From: Lama glama
Taxonomy: Eukaryota
Reading direction: 5' to 3'
Assembly (NCBI GenBank): GCA_028534125.1
Contig: CM052816.1
Span: 25,670,001 to 25,734,000 of the forward strand
DNA length: 64,000 bases
The first letter of the stretch is position 1. Every line of letters begins with the position of its first letter. Position numbers and translations under genes: made by a program. Below, one piece after another: positions 35,266 through 49,300 of this stretch. Under the pieces are notes generated by a model. The model saw nothing but the letters and a program-made list of their open reading frames with translations, was not told the origin of the DNA and did not search any database.

Positions 35266-35451
35266 CAGTGATTCTCAAACTTTGGCCAAAATCAGAATCA
35301 CCTCCAGGGCTTGTTAAAACAGATTGCTGGGTTCTACCCCCAGAGTTTCTGATTCAGTAGATCTAAGACAGGACTGAGAATCTGCACTTCTAGCAAGTTC
35401 CCAGATGGTGCTGGAGCCGTAGATTCAAATTCTACACTTTGAGAACCACTG
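35266..35451. mobile_element. MER5A (hAT-Charlie MITE), complete
   Basis: TIRs CAGTGATTCTCAAA / TTTGAGAACCACTG; internal CAGAATCACCT...GCTTGTTAAAACAGATTGCTGGG; 186 bp. Confidence 0.92.
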
Positions 35452-35819
35452 AAATTGTGTGCTTTTCCAGCACCCGAGCTGAAAGATAACTGGGTTATAG
35501 CTAACGACCCTAGATAGCAAACTTACTGAGTCACCTAGGGACATATTTTATATCCTGCTTTTCCTGGTTTACTAGAAAGATAAATTACATAAAAATAGAC
35601 ATTCACTAAATGACTCACAAAGATCATTTCAAATGGAATGGGTCACGGAGTGGCAAAACTCCTTTAAAATTTTCCTACTAAATTACCGTGGACATGCTGT
35701 CTTTGGGACCTTCGTTATCCGTTCATTACTTTTTTTTTCCTGAAAAACAAAAATGCTAATAACTTCCATTTGTTAATTTCTTCTTACAACATTCCTGGCT
35801 CTGCATTGTGTGGTTCCCA

Positions 35820-35905
35820 TGGGTTGACCTCATTCAACCCTCACTGCAATCAATGAGGAAGTTTTATAATTCCCATGTGACAGATCTGAGCACTTGGCTG
35901 AGGGA
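35820..35905 (-). mobile_element. MIR fragment
   Basis: CTCATTCAACCCTCACTGCAATCAATGAGG...TTCCCATGTGACAGAT. Confidence 0.5.
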
Positions 35906-36929
35906 GATTTAAAAAAAAAGTTTTGGAAACAGTGCATTAGATACTCTACAAGTGAACCTTGGAGCAAACCAGATGACAGAGAGCATTGTCACCAGCTGAC
36001 TGATCTCTTTCTACACCCTGTGCTTGGGCATGAGGCCATCAGCCACATTGAGAGACCTCGTAAGAACAACCCTGTAGCTCATTTGCTGTTTTCCTGTAAG
36101 GATGTTGTCAAGGACATCATTTACTTCATTACAAAGCGTCTTCTTTGTGAGGGTCTGCTGGAGAAACTTCGTGGCTCTCAGTGCCAGGACGAGTTGTGTT
36201 TCTTCTCAGCCCTAGGTCTGATCTACAGACAACATCAATCATGTCCCCAGGCATGTCCCCTTTTGGCTTTACTTTTTCATCTTCCAACATCCACATAATA
36301 ATATTTACTTTTTTGGATGTTCTCAACAATAAATATAATGAAGACAATTTGAGGAAACCGATAACAAACTTGGTGTCAGCTTAGTTGAGCATGTTTCCTG
36401 CAGGAAGATGCCCCTGTTCCCACTGAAATGGAAAACAATGGCAGGAAGTAGGAGTAACTGTGAGGGGAGGAACAAATGACCTAGGACCCTGTATATGTTG
36501 CAAGGACCGCAGAGAATTTGTGTGCCTCTAGTTAACGTGAGCAGATGTCGTAGACTGTCGTTGTCATTGTTGTGCTTGTAGCATGTGCTTGTGCTCCCCA
36601 TCCTCCTCTCATTCCTCTTCCTCTTTAATGTTTCCTTACATCCCTGTCACCGTTCCTCACAGAATCGGGAGGAGGGAGGAAGTTCCTAGATTATTTGTCA
36701 ACAAATAATAAGCTTTGTGTCTTGGATAAGGTGGTAGACGGGGGGAGGGCACCGACCGATTCTGTACAGGGCTGTACATCACAGAGTAAGAAAAAAATAA
36801 GATCCTATTATATTTAATCAGCATGTTTGCTAAACTGTTTAAGAAATCTTATCTAGCCTTCTTTTAAAACATGTGAGAACAGCTTCTGGCAGCTTGTTGC
36901 TCAACTATGCATATCCTAGAGCAAAGTCA

Positions 36930-37860
36930 ACAAAGAAAAGTAGATACTTCCCCCAAAATTTGCTAATAAATTGTGAAAGGAAAAGTTTACAATGGAAAAC
37001 TCTGGCAGGTGCTGCCTTACCCAACTCAGCATTACCAATAATGCGATCAACAGAATTGTGTAAAAAGGATACATGGACACAATAACACTTAACACTTACC
37101 TCATATTCCTTAAAAAAAAAAAGTGTGTGTGTGTGTGTGTATATAAATGTATATATGTGTATATATCCTGAACCTAATTATAATAAGATAAACCCAAACT
37201 GAGGCATGTTCAACAAAATAAATGACCTATACTCTTCAAAACAATATCATAAAAACAAAGAAAGGTTAAGGACACATTCCAGATTAAAGGAGAAAGAGAG
37301 TCTTAGAGACTAAATGAAATGCAAGATCCCAAAGTGAATTCTGAACCAGGGACACAGTGACTCTAAAGGACATCATTGGGACCATTGCCAAAATTTGAAT
37401 AGAGCTCTGTAGATGAGATAATGGTATTGTATCAATGCTCAACTTCCTCTTTTTGATTATTGTACCATTGTTATGTGAATGAATATCCCTCTTCTTAGGA
37501 AGTACACGCTGAACAATTTAGGAATAAAGAGACACTGTGTCTACAGCTTAGTCTCAAATGGTTCAGAAAAATCATCTGATCATTATATACATATGTATGT
37601 ATTATGTGTGGATTTAGCCCATGTTCATTTTGCAGCAGAGTAAATATATATATATACACACATATATATATGAGTTAATATCTATGTTTCTATCTCTCTA
37701 TATAGATATAGAGAGAGAGAGGGAGAAAGAATATTAAAATAATGAGGTAAAAATGTTGAGAAATTCCAGTATCTGAATGAGGGGTATCCTTTGTATATTA
37801 TTTGTTCTTTGCAGTTTTTCTTTGTGTCTGAAATTATCACGCGATTAAAAATTGTTTTGT
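36930..37860 (+). mobile_element. L1MC4-like 3'UTR with embedded (TG)n/(TA)n/(GA)n microsatellites
   Basis: AAACCCAAACTGAGG...TTCCAGATTAAAGGAGA...GGTATTGTATCAATG...CTCAAATGGTTCAGAAAAA. Confidence 0.78.
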
Positions 37861-39814
37861 TTTTCTAAAGAGAGCGGCCAGAGTGTTTTGCTAAGCAATA
37901 GCAACTGAAGTGTTGTTTGTGTTGTGGCACAGAACATAGCTGCAAAACAAGGCCGTTCACGTGACAAGCATCGTCATCTTGAAAGCACGATGCCTAGTGA
38001 AAACATTTTTTTTCATAGAATCATAGACTTGAATAAATCCTTTAAAAATTTTTTGAAGCACTGGGGTCTATTATTTACAGCACAGAGTGCTCTTGTGATA
38101 GGAGTGTCATGCATGCCACCTCCAGATATGCTTAGACCTCAAAAAGCCTTTCCGCCATGCTTTAAAAGACATCGGAACATACCAGAGCATCCACGTTACC
38201 AGCTGGGGTCATATGTCTTTTCTCTGACAGGGGTAGTGCCATTATAATCCAATAGGCTCTTGTGAATGCGGGGCAAACGTTAGCTCTGATTTTTATTGTG
38301 GAGCTTGAGGGAAGAGAACATTTGTTCCTTTTCATTCCTGAATATTTTCATGGCGACATTTCTCAATCCGTGGGTTTAGGGATGGCGCGCGCGCGTGTGT
38401 GTTTACTGCTTTCTTTTCCCTCAAAGAGACCATCCAGTGACCTTGAAATCTGCACTGGCATTTTGCTGGCAGGAAGGGAAGCTCTGTCTTCTCATTTGCA
38501 AAATGAATAACAATTTGATCATCCTTAAACTTCTAAAAGGTTAATTATGCTCTCTCCATGAGTACTGAATAAAAACCTGTTTTATCTCTGCCCAAATGAA
38601 GCCCACAGGGTTCACCCTCCCTCTAACTCTGCCGAGAGACCAAGTCCTTCCAGCTGTCAATTAACCACTATCTACTCCTAGATCTGTGTGAGCTGCGGTA
38701 GATTTTCTCATCCCAAAACTATGACAGTCCTCATTTACTAGACTGTGTGGTGGCTTTAAAAATGTCTCAGCAGGAAAGTGTTATCTGGCTGCGGGCAGGA
38801 TGGAAAGAAAAGGGAAGCAAGAGGAGCGAGCCAGAGAGAAAGAAAAAGATAAAAAGGTGTTGGATTGCTGACACTTCTTTCACACAAGAGCAAAACAGCA
38901 AGATGAAAAAGCATGCGCCAAGATATAAAATAAAAGATAATAAATAAGATAATAAAAATAACCACCATTAAAGTTAAAAGCACATTTAAAGTGTTAAAGC
39001 TCTTTTGTTCTCAGAGGCAGTAGATTTCTGCTGATCTAAGACTTCTCAAGCAGGGTCCCTGTCCCTGTACTCACGTGTACAAGCACCTGTGGTTCAGCAC
39101 TTATGGGAGGGGTGGTTGACAAACCTTGTACAGGATAGGTTCAACATCTGCCCATCTCCTGTTTAAAATTTCTAAGTTCCTATCCTTTCTTGGCCATAAA
39201 CAGCCTCTTTAGTTATAAGTCATAAATGGCATCTTAAAAAGAAAGTCTGAGTTACATTTCATTTTTATTACAAGAAAACCTCGTTTTTCAAAGGCAAGGA
39301 ATGTCAGACAGTGGAGGTGGGTGGGTGGGGCAGGGATTTCTGCCTTCTGCCTGATATTCATGGCTCCTTGTTTTAATAACTTGAAAATTTTCACCTAAGC
39401 CAGCCAAGTGTTATTATATGGGAAAACAAGAGAAACATAAGAAAAGATGGAGCGAGCAATGTATTTTTTTTCTAAAAGAAATATGTTATTCTGTACAACA
39501 CTTGAGATGTTTTTAAGAGTAATGTAATTATTGAGATGCCACGTAGGGCCTGATCTTTTAACCAGATTGAAGTGGGTTACTGTATGTATATAAAAGGGCC
39601 TCTGTGTAGCTTTACCCCCATGTTCAGTATGCAATAGAGTAAATACTAGTGCGAATGGGGCACCAGGTCTCTTATTTCTCTGTAAGATGATCTAGTGGAG
39701 ACTACAACTTTCCAATGATTTCATGAAAACTGGAATTATTTTCACCAAAAAGCACTCATGCAAAGTGTATAGTTTTTGTTATTATTCTTCCTCAGTGTGT
39801 GTATGTGTGTGTGT

Positions 39815-40695
39815 GTTGTAAGATATACAGAACATAAATTCACCAGTTTAACCATTTGTACAATTCAGTGGCATTAAGTACATTTACAGTGTTGTATAAC
39901 CATTACTGCTGTCCAACTCCAGAACTGTTTCATTATCCTAAACAGAATCTCTATCGACTCAACAACTCCCTGTTCTGTCCTTACCCCCCATGCAATGGCC
40001 TGAATATTTGTGGCCCCTTAAAATTTGTATATTGAAATCCTAATGCCCTGTGTGATGGTATTAGTAGGTGGGGCCTTTTGGGGATCCTCAGGGGCCCTCA
40101 TGAATGGGATTAGTGCCCTTAGAAAAGAGACCTCACAGAGCTCACCAGGCCATCCTGCTGTGTGAGTGTACAGCCGGGAGTCTGTGATCAGAAGTAAAGA
40201 ATCCCTCATCCAACCAAGCTGGCATCCTGATCTTGGATTTCCAGCTTTCAGAACTGTCAGAAATAAATTTCTGTTATTTATAAGCCACCCAGTCTGGAGT
40301 ATTTCATTATAGCCGTCCTAAACAGCTTAAGATACCACAGCCCCTGGTCACCTCTATCCTGCTTTCTGTCTATTAATTTACCTTTCTAGGTACCTTATAT
40401 AAGTAGAATCATAATGTTTGTTTTGTGTGTGTCTGGCTTACTTCACTTAGCATAATATTTTCAAGGTTATCTATACCATAGCGTGTGTCCAAATTTTGTT
40501 CCTTTTTAAAGGCTGAATAATATTCCATTGTCTGTATATATCACATTTTGTTTGGCCTTACATCTGTCAGTGGACATTCATGTGGTTTCTGCCTTTTAGC
40601 TATTGTGAATAATGCTGCTATGAACATTGTTATACAAGTATCTGTTTGAGTCCCTACTTTCAACTCTTTTGGATATATACCTAGAAGTGGAGTTA
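39815..40695 (-). mobile_element. L1MB-type 3'UTR, split by an MLT1A0 LTR
   Basis: GTACAATTCAGTGGCATTAAGTACATTTACAGTGTTGT; GGCTGAATAATATTCCATTG; GTGAATAATGCTGCTATGAACATT. Confidence 0.88.
39991..40334 (+). mobile_element. MaLR solo LTR, MLT1A0-like
   Basis: Starts TGCAATGGCCTGAAT; ATGAATGGGATTAGTGCCCTTA; GCTGGCATCCTGATCTTGGATTTCCAGC; TSD CCCCA/CCACA. Confidence 0.88.
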
Positions 40696-41179
40696 TAAAG
40701 TATATAGCTTTTGTCTGCAATAGTTGTGTTAGCTAGGTCATTATATGTGAGGTAAGAAATAGAATAGAAATTTTACTTAGCAAATATTGGATATTAGTTG
40801 CTTGGATTCTATTCTAAGATCTTTTACATTGTTGTCTTTTAATTATTTGAATGTTTGCAGGGAGATTTTGAAACTTCAGAAAATGGGGAAAGAAATGGAA
40901 TCCTTAGAATTTTCTTCTAGCAGAGAGTTGAGGTCTAAACTAAAGCACTAACATGGGTGATGAATACCTTCCTCTGAGTTGTGAACAGAGCAGGAACATT
41001 GTTTTTCTTAAGAATAGTGGCATTTGGGAGGGTCAGTTGACAAGAGTTCCATCTCCAGCTTCCTGTGTACCTTTTCTCTCCTAGAGTCCTAGAAATGTTC
41101 TCCACTGCCCACCTACAGTGTCCTTTGGCAAACTGCCTCCCTCTTCCTTCTCTCTTCCCTCCAATCTGCTGTGCCCTCA

Positions 41180-41725
41180 TGAACCAGATAATCCCACTGC
41201 TCTGCTCCCTGCCAATGCTAATTTTTCTAGGATTAGGCCCATGGTCTAAAGAGGATCTGTCTAGACTTGTTCATTGACCAGTGGCTTACAGTCCAACATT
41301 TGTATTACAAACATGAGCTGAACTAGCTGGGATCCTTTCTCAAGAATTAAAAATCAGGAAACAGAGACTGAATCACATACTCTCTGAAGCAGAGGGCAAA
41401 GATTGTCCTAAGAATGCTATAAGGACTCCTTTGAAGAGAATGTTTTAAGTCAAAGTCACATGTAGGCTGAAGTTATGAGAGAGCAGAAAACGTTAGATGC
41501 TAGTGGGGGAAAGTGGCTCAGATACACAGAGAGTAGAAACATCATGTGAGGAAGAGAACACGCAGCCTGTGAGGAAGACGGCAGAGCTGCTTATAAGATC
41601 TGCTTTATGCCCAAGTCTTGCCGTTTCAAGGTCTCTCCATGTGTTTCTTTACCAACGGACCCTTTTGTCAAGCTAACTGCAGTGACTCACTCTTCCTTGC
41701 AGTTTAACAAGCCCGACTGAAACTC
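41180..41725 (+). mobile_element. Probable ancient ERVL-type LTR (subfamily not resolved)
   Basis: 3' end pattern AAGCTAACTGCAGTG...TTCCTTGCAG...CCCGACTGAAAC resembles old ERVL LTR termini; weak similarity only. Confidence 0.35.
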
Positions 41726-41904
41726 TCTTCTGTTGCCTTTCCTTCAGCATCTGCCTCCTTCCAGTATCTCTTTTTTTTTCCTTCTAAGCCCCCTTCTTTC
41801 CTTTTTTCTCTTTTCCTTCTTCCTCCCTGTCTATGCCTTAGGCATCCTGTAATTGCCCTTCCTTATAGAAGGCCCCAGAGAACTGAAGAGAGATAATACA
41901 GTGG

Positions 41905-42451
41905 CTTTTTTAAAAAAAAATAGCAGCTTTATTGAGATATAATTCACATACCATACAATGTAATACTTTCCAAGTGTAAAATTCAATTAGATTATTAGTT
42001 GTATAATCATCACCACTGCCCAGTTTTGGAACATTTTTATCACCCCAATGAAGTCTTCCCGCTTACCCTCCTCTCCCTAGTCCTAATGTACCAATCTACT
42101 TTCTGTCTCTGTGGATTTGCCTGTTCTGGATTTCATGTAAATATGCTATGTACAAAATACAACCAATACAATATGTGACTAGCTTCTTTCATTTACCATA
42201 ATGTTTTCAAGATTCATCCATGTTGTTGTGTATATTGGTACTTCATTCTATTTTATTGTCAAGTAATATTCCACGGCATGGCTATGCTACATTTGTTTAT
42301 CCATTGGTCAGTTACTGGACATTTGGGTTATTTCCAGTTTGGGGTTATTATGAATAATGATGCTGTGAACATTGTGTACAGGTATTTGCGTGGACATATT
42401 TTCAGCTCTCTTGGGCATACATTAAGGCGTGGAATTGCTGGATCATATGGT
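41905..42451 (-). mobile_element. L1MB-type 3'UTR
   Basis: CAGCTTTATTGAGATATAATTCACATACCATACAA...AGATTCATCCATGTTGTTG...GGAATTGCTGGATCATATGGT. Confidence 0.9.
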
Positions 42452-44591
42452 CTAATGCAGTGCATATAATTGCCTTTTGCTCGCTTTTTCTTTCTATGAT
42501 ATTTTAAGACCTTCAGGTTTCACTACTATCATTCTCTATTTTTTTATTTTCTTTGTGTGTTACTGCTTTCAGTACACTTTTCCATTTTTCTCTTCTCTGC
42601 ACTTCTACTAATTATTTGAGTTCATTTTTAAAAAATCATCCTTAAGTCCCTTTACTATGTTTCTTTTATCATTCCTTCCTTCTCTCTATATATATCTCTG
42701 ACAGTGCTTGAGGAGAATCCGCTTCACCTCAAGGAAAGTAAGGCTAGTGTGAAATATAATCGCATAAGGCCATTCTATAGAGTAAGAGCTTCAGAAACAG
42801 AAGCAGGACATGTTCAAGGGTGCGTAGACATAAGATGATAATAGCTTACATGTGAACGACTACTATGGTTCTATTTTTATTCCTCTGTTTGCCAAGCCTG
42901 ACCACAAAACTTGATGTTGGCCTGCAGTCGCTTCCATCTCTCCGTCCAAACAAGCTGCAAATATAATGTGACTCCCAGGTAATTGCCGCAGCCGCTGCTG
43001 TAGGATATGTCACCCTCGGCAGCACTAACCCTCTGCCTCGGGCACCATATGGACAGTGACAGGCAAATCACCCTGATGAGATGAAGAGCTGTAAGTGGAT
43101 TGAGGGAGGCCTTTGACTTGTCCCAGCCCCACTGCTTCCCACCAGGACATGCCTCTGTCTCAGTCTCACTATAAACTCAAGTTTGAAGCTGAAAAGCACC
43201 AGTTTTGCTCAGGGAGATGATTCAGTGTTTTCCAAGATTTTGACAGCTGACCAATTAAAAACTAGATGCCACAGTTAACAAGCTCTCAGTAAGCCAGACG
43301 TAGTGCTCCAGAAGGCACCAAGCACCTACTACACAGCCATTCTCAGTGTGAGCTTGAGAGAAACTCACTGATAATGACGTTGATGAAGATGCTGATGACC
43401 TCAGGGATACAAGGCAATATTCAAGTCATTAACCAGAGGGCAGTCAGTGCTGTTTCTTCCAAACATTTCCAGTGAGCCTTCCATTTCCTCTATTTCAGAG
43501 TTTCTTGTCTCCAAAATTCTGAAATTTCATCCGTTAATGATTTGAATCCTGCCCAGCATCCCTAAAGTACTCATCATCATCTTCACCAGCTTAATTGTCA
43601 CTGAACATTTCTCAGACTTATACTAAGCATGGACAGATATTGGATAAAGTAACATGGCCAATTTGATGTGTAACTTGAAAAGCATAGTTTCATTCATTTT
43701 TAGTCAAACCACAGAGTTTATACCATTACTAAGATGTTTGTTTACAAGCCCATCATTTAACCTTTCAGACTGTGAAAGGGGACACAGGGATATGTTTCAA
43801 AAGAGAAAGCCACACAAAGTCATATTCCTGAAATTCGTGACGGTTACCATTTTGTAAAAGCTTTGTAAATTTTCCAGGATCAAGAACAACACAGAGAGGC
43901 CTGGGTCCCAGATCGATTGGCATTGTCCTTTACTTACCGTTCTGATCAATATTTAGTATGTCAGGCAATAGTTGGGTGCCTGTAATGGATGTGAACAGTA
44001 ATGGTTTTTATTTTTATTTTGTGCTCCTTATTAGCCAATGTACCAAACCCCTTTCCCAATAAGAGGTGGAACCAGTAACAAACAGGAATTTTTGCTTAGT
44101 ACGTCCTTTTCTCTGCGTGATCAGACTTTAGTGAGAGAGGTCTAAAGCAGTGGGCATGGGCTGCTGGACTTTCTAAGTTGTTATAAAAAGTGCACATTAG
44201 AGAAGTTTTGGCTAGCACAGCATGATGCAAATTGCTACCATACGCATCACTTACAGGACCATGCCTATCTCAGCAGCGGTGGCAGGAGTGACATCACTAA
44301 TGCTATGACTTGAACCGCCCTCAGGGAAACAGAGCTGATGCACCAGCAAGGGTGGTTAGCAACACACAGAGACCCAGCAGTGCACACCAGATGAGGTCGA
44401 TCTTCCCGATGGGAAGCTGTTGCAGGGGTTCTCAGTTTGATTTCTCAAGTTTTTTAGCTAGTCCACATAAAAAATTTATATGAAAAACCTGGGACGTTTT
44501 TCAGTCAGTGAGGGGAAGTGGCACAGTGAACAACATTTTATTTCATTCTTATCAAGTAAGAAGTCAACAGAAATGAAAGCTTTTATGGTAT

Positions 44592-45190
44592 CTGTGTTAA
44601 TAGCTAACAATTCCGGTCACCAGTTCCGATAGATGGGTTTTTCCCCACATCAAGCAATTCTCGGACACCAGCTGGGCATCCTGCAATTCAACTCAATTCT
44701 GACACTGTCTGCCTAGAGATAGCATTAGATCCCATAGGTTAAGGGCTCAGTCCTACAAGACTGTCCCCCTCCTCCCATTTTGGATGCCACTTTCAAGTCT
44801 AGGTTGTCCCCTGTGCTTCTGACCAGTCAGTTGTAGATCGGAAGTTCCAACCACCCCATCCTTGGGTTTGATTAATTTGCCAGAGCCACTCACAGAACTC
44901 AAGAGAAACATTTTACTTCCTATATTTCAAGTTTTATATAAAATGATGTAACTCCAGAACAGGCAAATGGAAGAAACGCAGAGGGCAAAGTACAGCGAAA
45001 GGATGTGGAGTTTCTGTCCTCTCTGAGTCAACCACTCTACCCACACCTCCACATGTTCACCAACGTGGAAGCTCTTCACATCCTTTCTTTCTTTTCTTTT
45101 CTTTGGAGGTTTCATTACACAGGCATGATTGATTAAATCACTGGCCATTAGTGATTGAAATTAATTTCCAGCCCCTCTCTCCTCCCTGGG
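44592..45190 (-). mobile_element. MER21-like LTR, partial
   Basis: AATTCAACTCAATTCTGACACT, GGTTAAGGGCTCAGTCC, GGAGGTTTCATTACACAGGCATGATTGATTAAATCACTGGCCATT. Confidence 0.85.
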
Positions 45191-46384
45191 AATCTTTGGT
45201 TTATTAACTTCTTATGTTTTTCCCTACTCGTGCAAATTCGTGAAAACAGAGAGCTAACTGGGCTAACACTATGACGAAAAGCCAAGCAGAGGGAACAGCA
45301 TGTGGGAACTCCTGAGACAGCTGAGAGCTTGGTGGGCTGAGCTACTGACAGTCTCTGCGGCGTTATGATTTATCTGGAACCACTGATGCCTCCAACTCTG
45401 AAAACTGAAGCAAGGAGTTGGACAAAAGAATGAAAACACGTTAGGAAAGAGAGTCCCCAGTGTGCAAATTAGCCCAGATACACAGAGGAACGGTAGGGAC
45501 TGAGAAGGGAGAAATCGACTTCCACTGCTCTGCAAGGCACACAAAGAGACATGTTCTCATTAAATTTCATGCTTAGTTTTTGTTCTCCATTTTCTTTATA
45601 AGATGGAATGAAAAACATCTGCCTTTACAAAATTCAGAGAGAAAGTTGTAAGGAAAGAAAGAAGGTTGTTTCAGCATGAATCAGCAAAGGCTATACTCTC
45701 AATACCTTTCGTAGTTTTTGCTATTGGCAGGTATTTGGTTAAGCTGAAAATGTCATTGTGATAAAAATGAACAAAAATACGTCACGAATGACTATCCTTT
45801 TACTTAACATTGTTCTCTGGATGTGGTGGTCATTGAAAGATTACCTAATACATCAGTTAAAACAGGAAATACACCAAAAAAAAAAAAAAAGCACGGACAT
45901 ATATCAGTCATTTTAACACTCATTTGCCATTTTTTCTGATGTAAAACTTAGATCAGGGACCTCAACACTCACTTTTTTAAATCACTTGCAAAATACATCA
46001 ATTATTTTTCTGTAGAAGAAACTTAAACATATTTATGAAGAAATTTGAATGCAAATTGCTTCTAGATTTCTAGGGTCTCATCCCCACAATATTCATAGTT
46101 GTCTTTACCACACCCAATCAACTATAATTCCACTATAACAACTCTATTAAATATTTCTAACACTTTAAACTTAGTTTTCATTGAAATGTCGAGTTTCTTT
46201 TCAACATCTTGTTTTATGGTTCACATAAATTTGAATTAAATTTTATGCTTCCAATAGCCTTTACAACTTGCTTAAACAGGTTTGGGAACAAATGTAACCG
46301 GCTTCATGGGAGAAGGGTACTGACCATATTGGAACTAGCATTTGGCCGGGAACTAACCATGTTCACTCTGGGTGCCTCTTCTTG

Positions 46385-49300
46385 ACATTTAGCAATGAAC
46401 ATGGGACTGTATATATCCTTCTGAATTAGTGTTTTCATATTCTTCAGATAAGTATCTGAAAGTGGAATAGGTAGACCTTTTTTTCTTAATGTTTTGAGGA
46501 ATCTCCATAGTGTTCTTTATAGTGGCTGCCCCAATTTGCAGAACCCACCAAAGCACGAGGGTTCCCTTTTCTCCATCTTCTGCAATATTTGCTATTTCTT
46601 GTGTTTTCCGTAACAGCCATTCTAACAGTGGTAAGGTGATATCTCATTGTGATTTTGATTTGCATTTCCCCAATGATTAGTGATTGTGAGCATCTTTTCA
46701 TGTGCTTATTGGCCATCTGTATGTCTTCTTTGGAAAAATGTCTATTCAGACCCTCTGCCCACTTTTCAATTCAGTTGTTTGTTTTTTGGTGTTGAGTTGC
46801 ATGTGTTCTTTTTACATTTTGGATAATAACCCGTTATCAGATACATAATTTGCATGTATCTTCTCCCATTCAGCAGGTTACGTTTTTTTTTTTCTGATGA
46901 TAGTTTCCTTCTCTGTGCAGAAGCTCTTTCGTCTGATATGGTCCCATTTCTTTATATTTGCTTTTGTCACTCTTGCATCTGGAATCAGACCCACAAAAGC
47001 ATCACTTAAGACTGATATCAATGAAGTTACCAACAATGATTCCTTTTAGGAGTTTTATGGTCTTAGGTCTTACATCGGATCTTTAATCTGTTTTCAGTTA
47101 ATCTGGGGTATAGTGTAAGATAATGATCTAGTTTCATTTTATTTCGTGTGGCTGTCAAGTATTCCCAGCATCATTTATTGAAGAGACTATTCCCTCTCTA
47201 CTCTGTGTTCCTTACATAACTATATATTTGTGAAAACTCATCAAACCACATTTAAAAGAACAAGTTTTATCGTATATAATTGTTTCAATAACGCTGACTT
47301 TAAAAAAAAGGAAAAAGATAAATAAATCCCCCTTAAATATGATGTGTGATCTTTTTTTTTAATGTGTTGTTGCATTTGGTTTGCTAATATTTTGTTGAGG
47401 ATTTTTGGGTCTATGTTCATCAAACGTATTGGATTGTAATTTTCTTTTTTGTGGTGTCATTGTCTGGTTTTGTTATCAGGGAAATTCTTTGTAAAATGTT
47501 TTAGAAGGCTTCCCTTGTCTTCATTTTTTTGGAAGAGTCTGAGAAGGATAGGTATTAAATCTCTAAGAATAAATATTGATTCTTCTTCCTTGAATGTGTT
47601 GTAGAATTTACTAGTGAAGCTGTTTCATTTACCTTATTAGTAATTGGTCTGTTGAGATTCTCTATTTCTTTTAATTCAGTCTTGAAAAATTGTATGTTAT
47701 TAGAAATGTATCCATTTATTCGAGGTTGTCCAATTTGTTGGCGGATACTCATTCAGCCACTCCATGTCTTTTGATTGGCTAATTTAGTCCATTTACATTA
47801 CAATAATTATTGATAGGTATGTACTCATTGCCATTTTGTTAATTGTCTTCTGGCTTTTTTTGTGTGATTCTCCTCTGTTGCTTTCTTCTTCTCTTTCTCA
47901 CTTGTCTTTTGGTGATTTTCCTTAGTGTTATTTTTAGATTCCTTTCTCATTTTCTTTTGTGTATTTACTATAAGTTTTTTTCCTTACATTTATCATGAGG
48001 TTCACATGTAGCATCCTATATAAACAGCCATCTGTTTTAAATGGGTAGCAACTTAAATTTGAACACATTCCAAAGCTTTGTCCTCTTACTCCATCACCTC
48101 ACATTTCATATTTTTGATGACACATTGTACACCTTTGTATTTTATGTATCCCTTAACTTGTTTATTGTAATTTTAGTAAATTTTAGTACTTTTGTCTTTT
48201 AATCTTCATGGTTCTTTTACAAGTGACCAATCCACTATCTTCATTATGTATTTACCTTTTCCAGAAATATTTTCACTTTTGTATGTTTTCTTATTATTAA
48301 TCAATGCCATTTTTTTTCAGCTTAAAGAAGTTCCTTTAATATATCTTGTAAGGCTAGTTTACTGGTGGTGAACTGCTTTAACTTCTGCTTATCTGAAAGA
48401 CTCAATCTCTCATCTCTCCTTCAGTTCTGAATGATAATCTTGCTGGGTAGAGAATTCTTGGTTGGAAGTTTTGTCCTTCAGCACTTTGAATATGTCATGC
48501 ACTTCCTTCCAACTTTAAGGTTTCTGCTGAAAAATCCATTGATAGCCTTATGTGGTTTCCTCTGCACATAAAAAGTTGTTTTTCTCTTTTAGGATTCTCT
48601 CTTTATCCTTAACTTTTACCATTTTAATTATAATATGTCTTGGTGTGTACCGCTTGAGTTCTTCTTATTCTGCCTGGTCTTCCTAGACCTAGCTATCTGT
48701 TTCCTTCACCAGATTAGGGAAGTTTTAAGATATTATTTTTTCAAATAATTTTTCTGGCCCTTCCTCTCTTTCTTCTCCTTCTGGGCCCCTATGATATGAA
48801 TGTTATTCTACTTGACATTGTCCCGAGTTATATACCCTTAAGATATATTCGCTTTTTAAATTCTTTTTTCTTTTCAGTGCTCTGTCTGCGTGAGTTCCAT
48901 TGCCATGTCTTTCAGTTTGCTGATTTGTTCTTCCAGCTCATCCAATCTGCTTTTGAACCCTTCTGGTGTATTTATAACTTCTGTTTCGTATTTTCTTATG
49001 TTTCTTTTGTTGTAATTCTCACTGTTTGTCTATTCTTCTTCTAAGTTCAGTTAGCATCTTTATGACCATTACTTTTAACTCTTTATCAAGTAGATTGCTT
49101 ATCTGTTTTGTTTATTCCTTTTTCTGAAGTTTTGCCTTGTTGTTTTGATTGGAACGTAGTCCTCTGTCTCCTTATTTTGCCTAATTCTGTGTTTGTTTCT
49201 ATGTATTAAGTAAATCAGTGAATTATCTCAGTTTTGAAGAACTGGGAGATGCCTTGTGGGACTTAAGCAAAATTCTGTCTGGCCACACAGCCATGAACAT

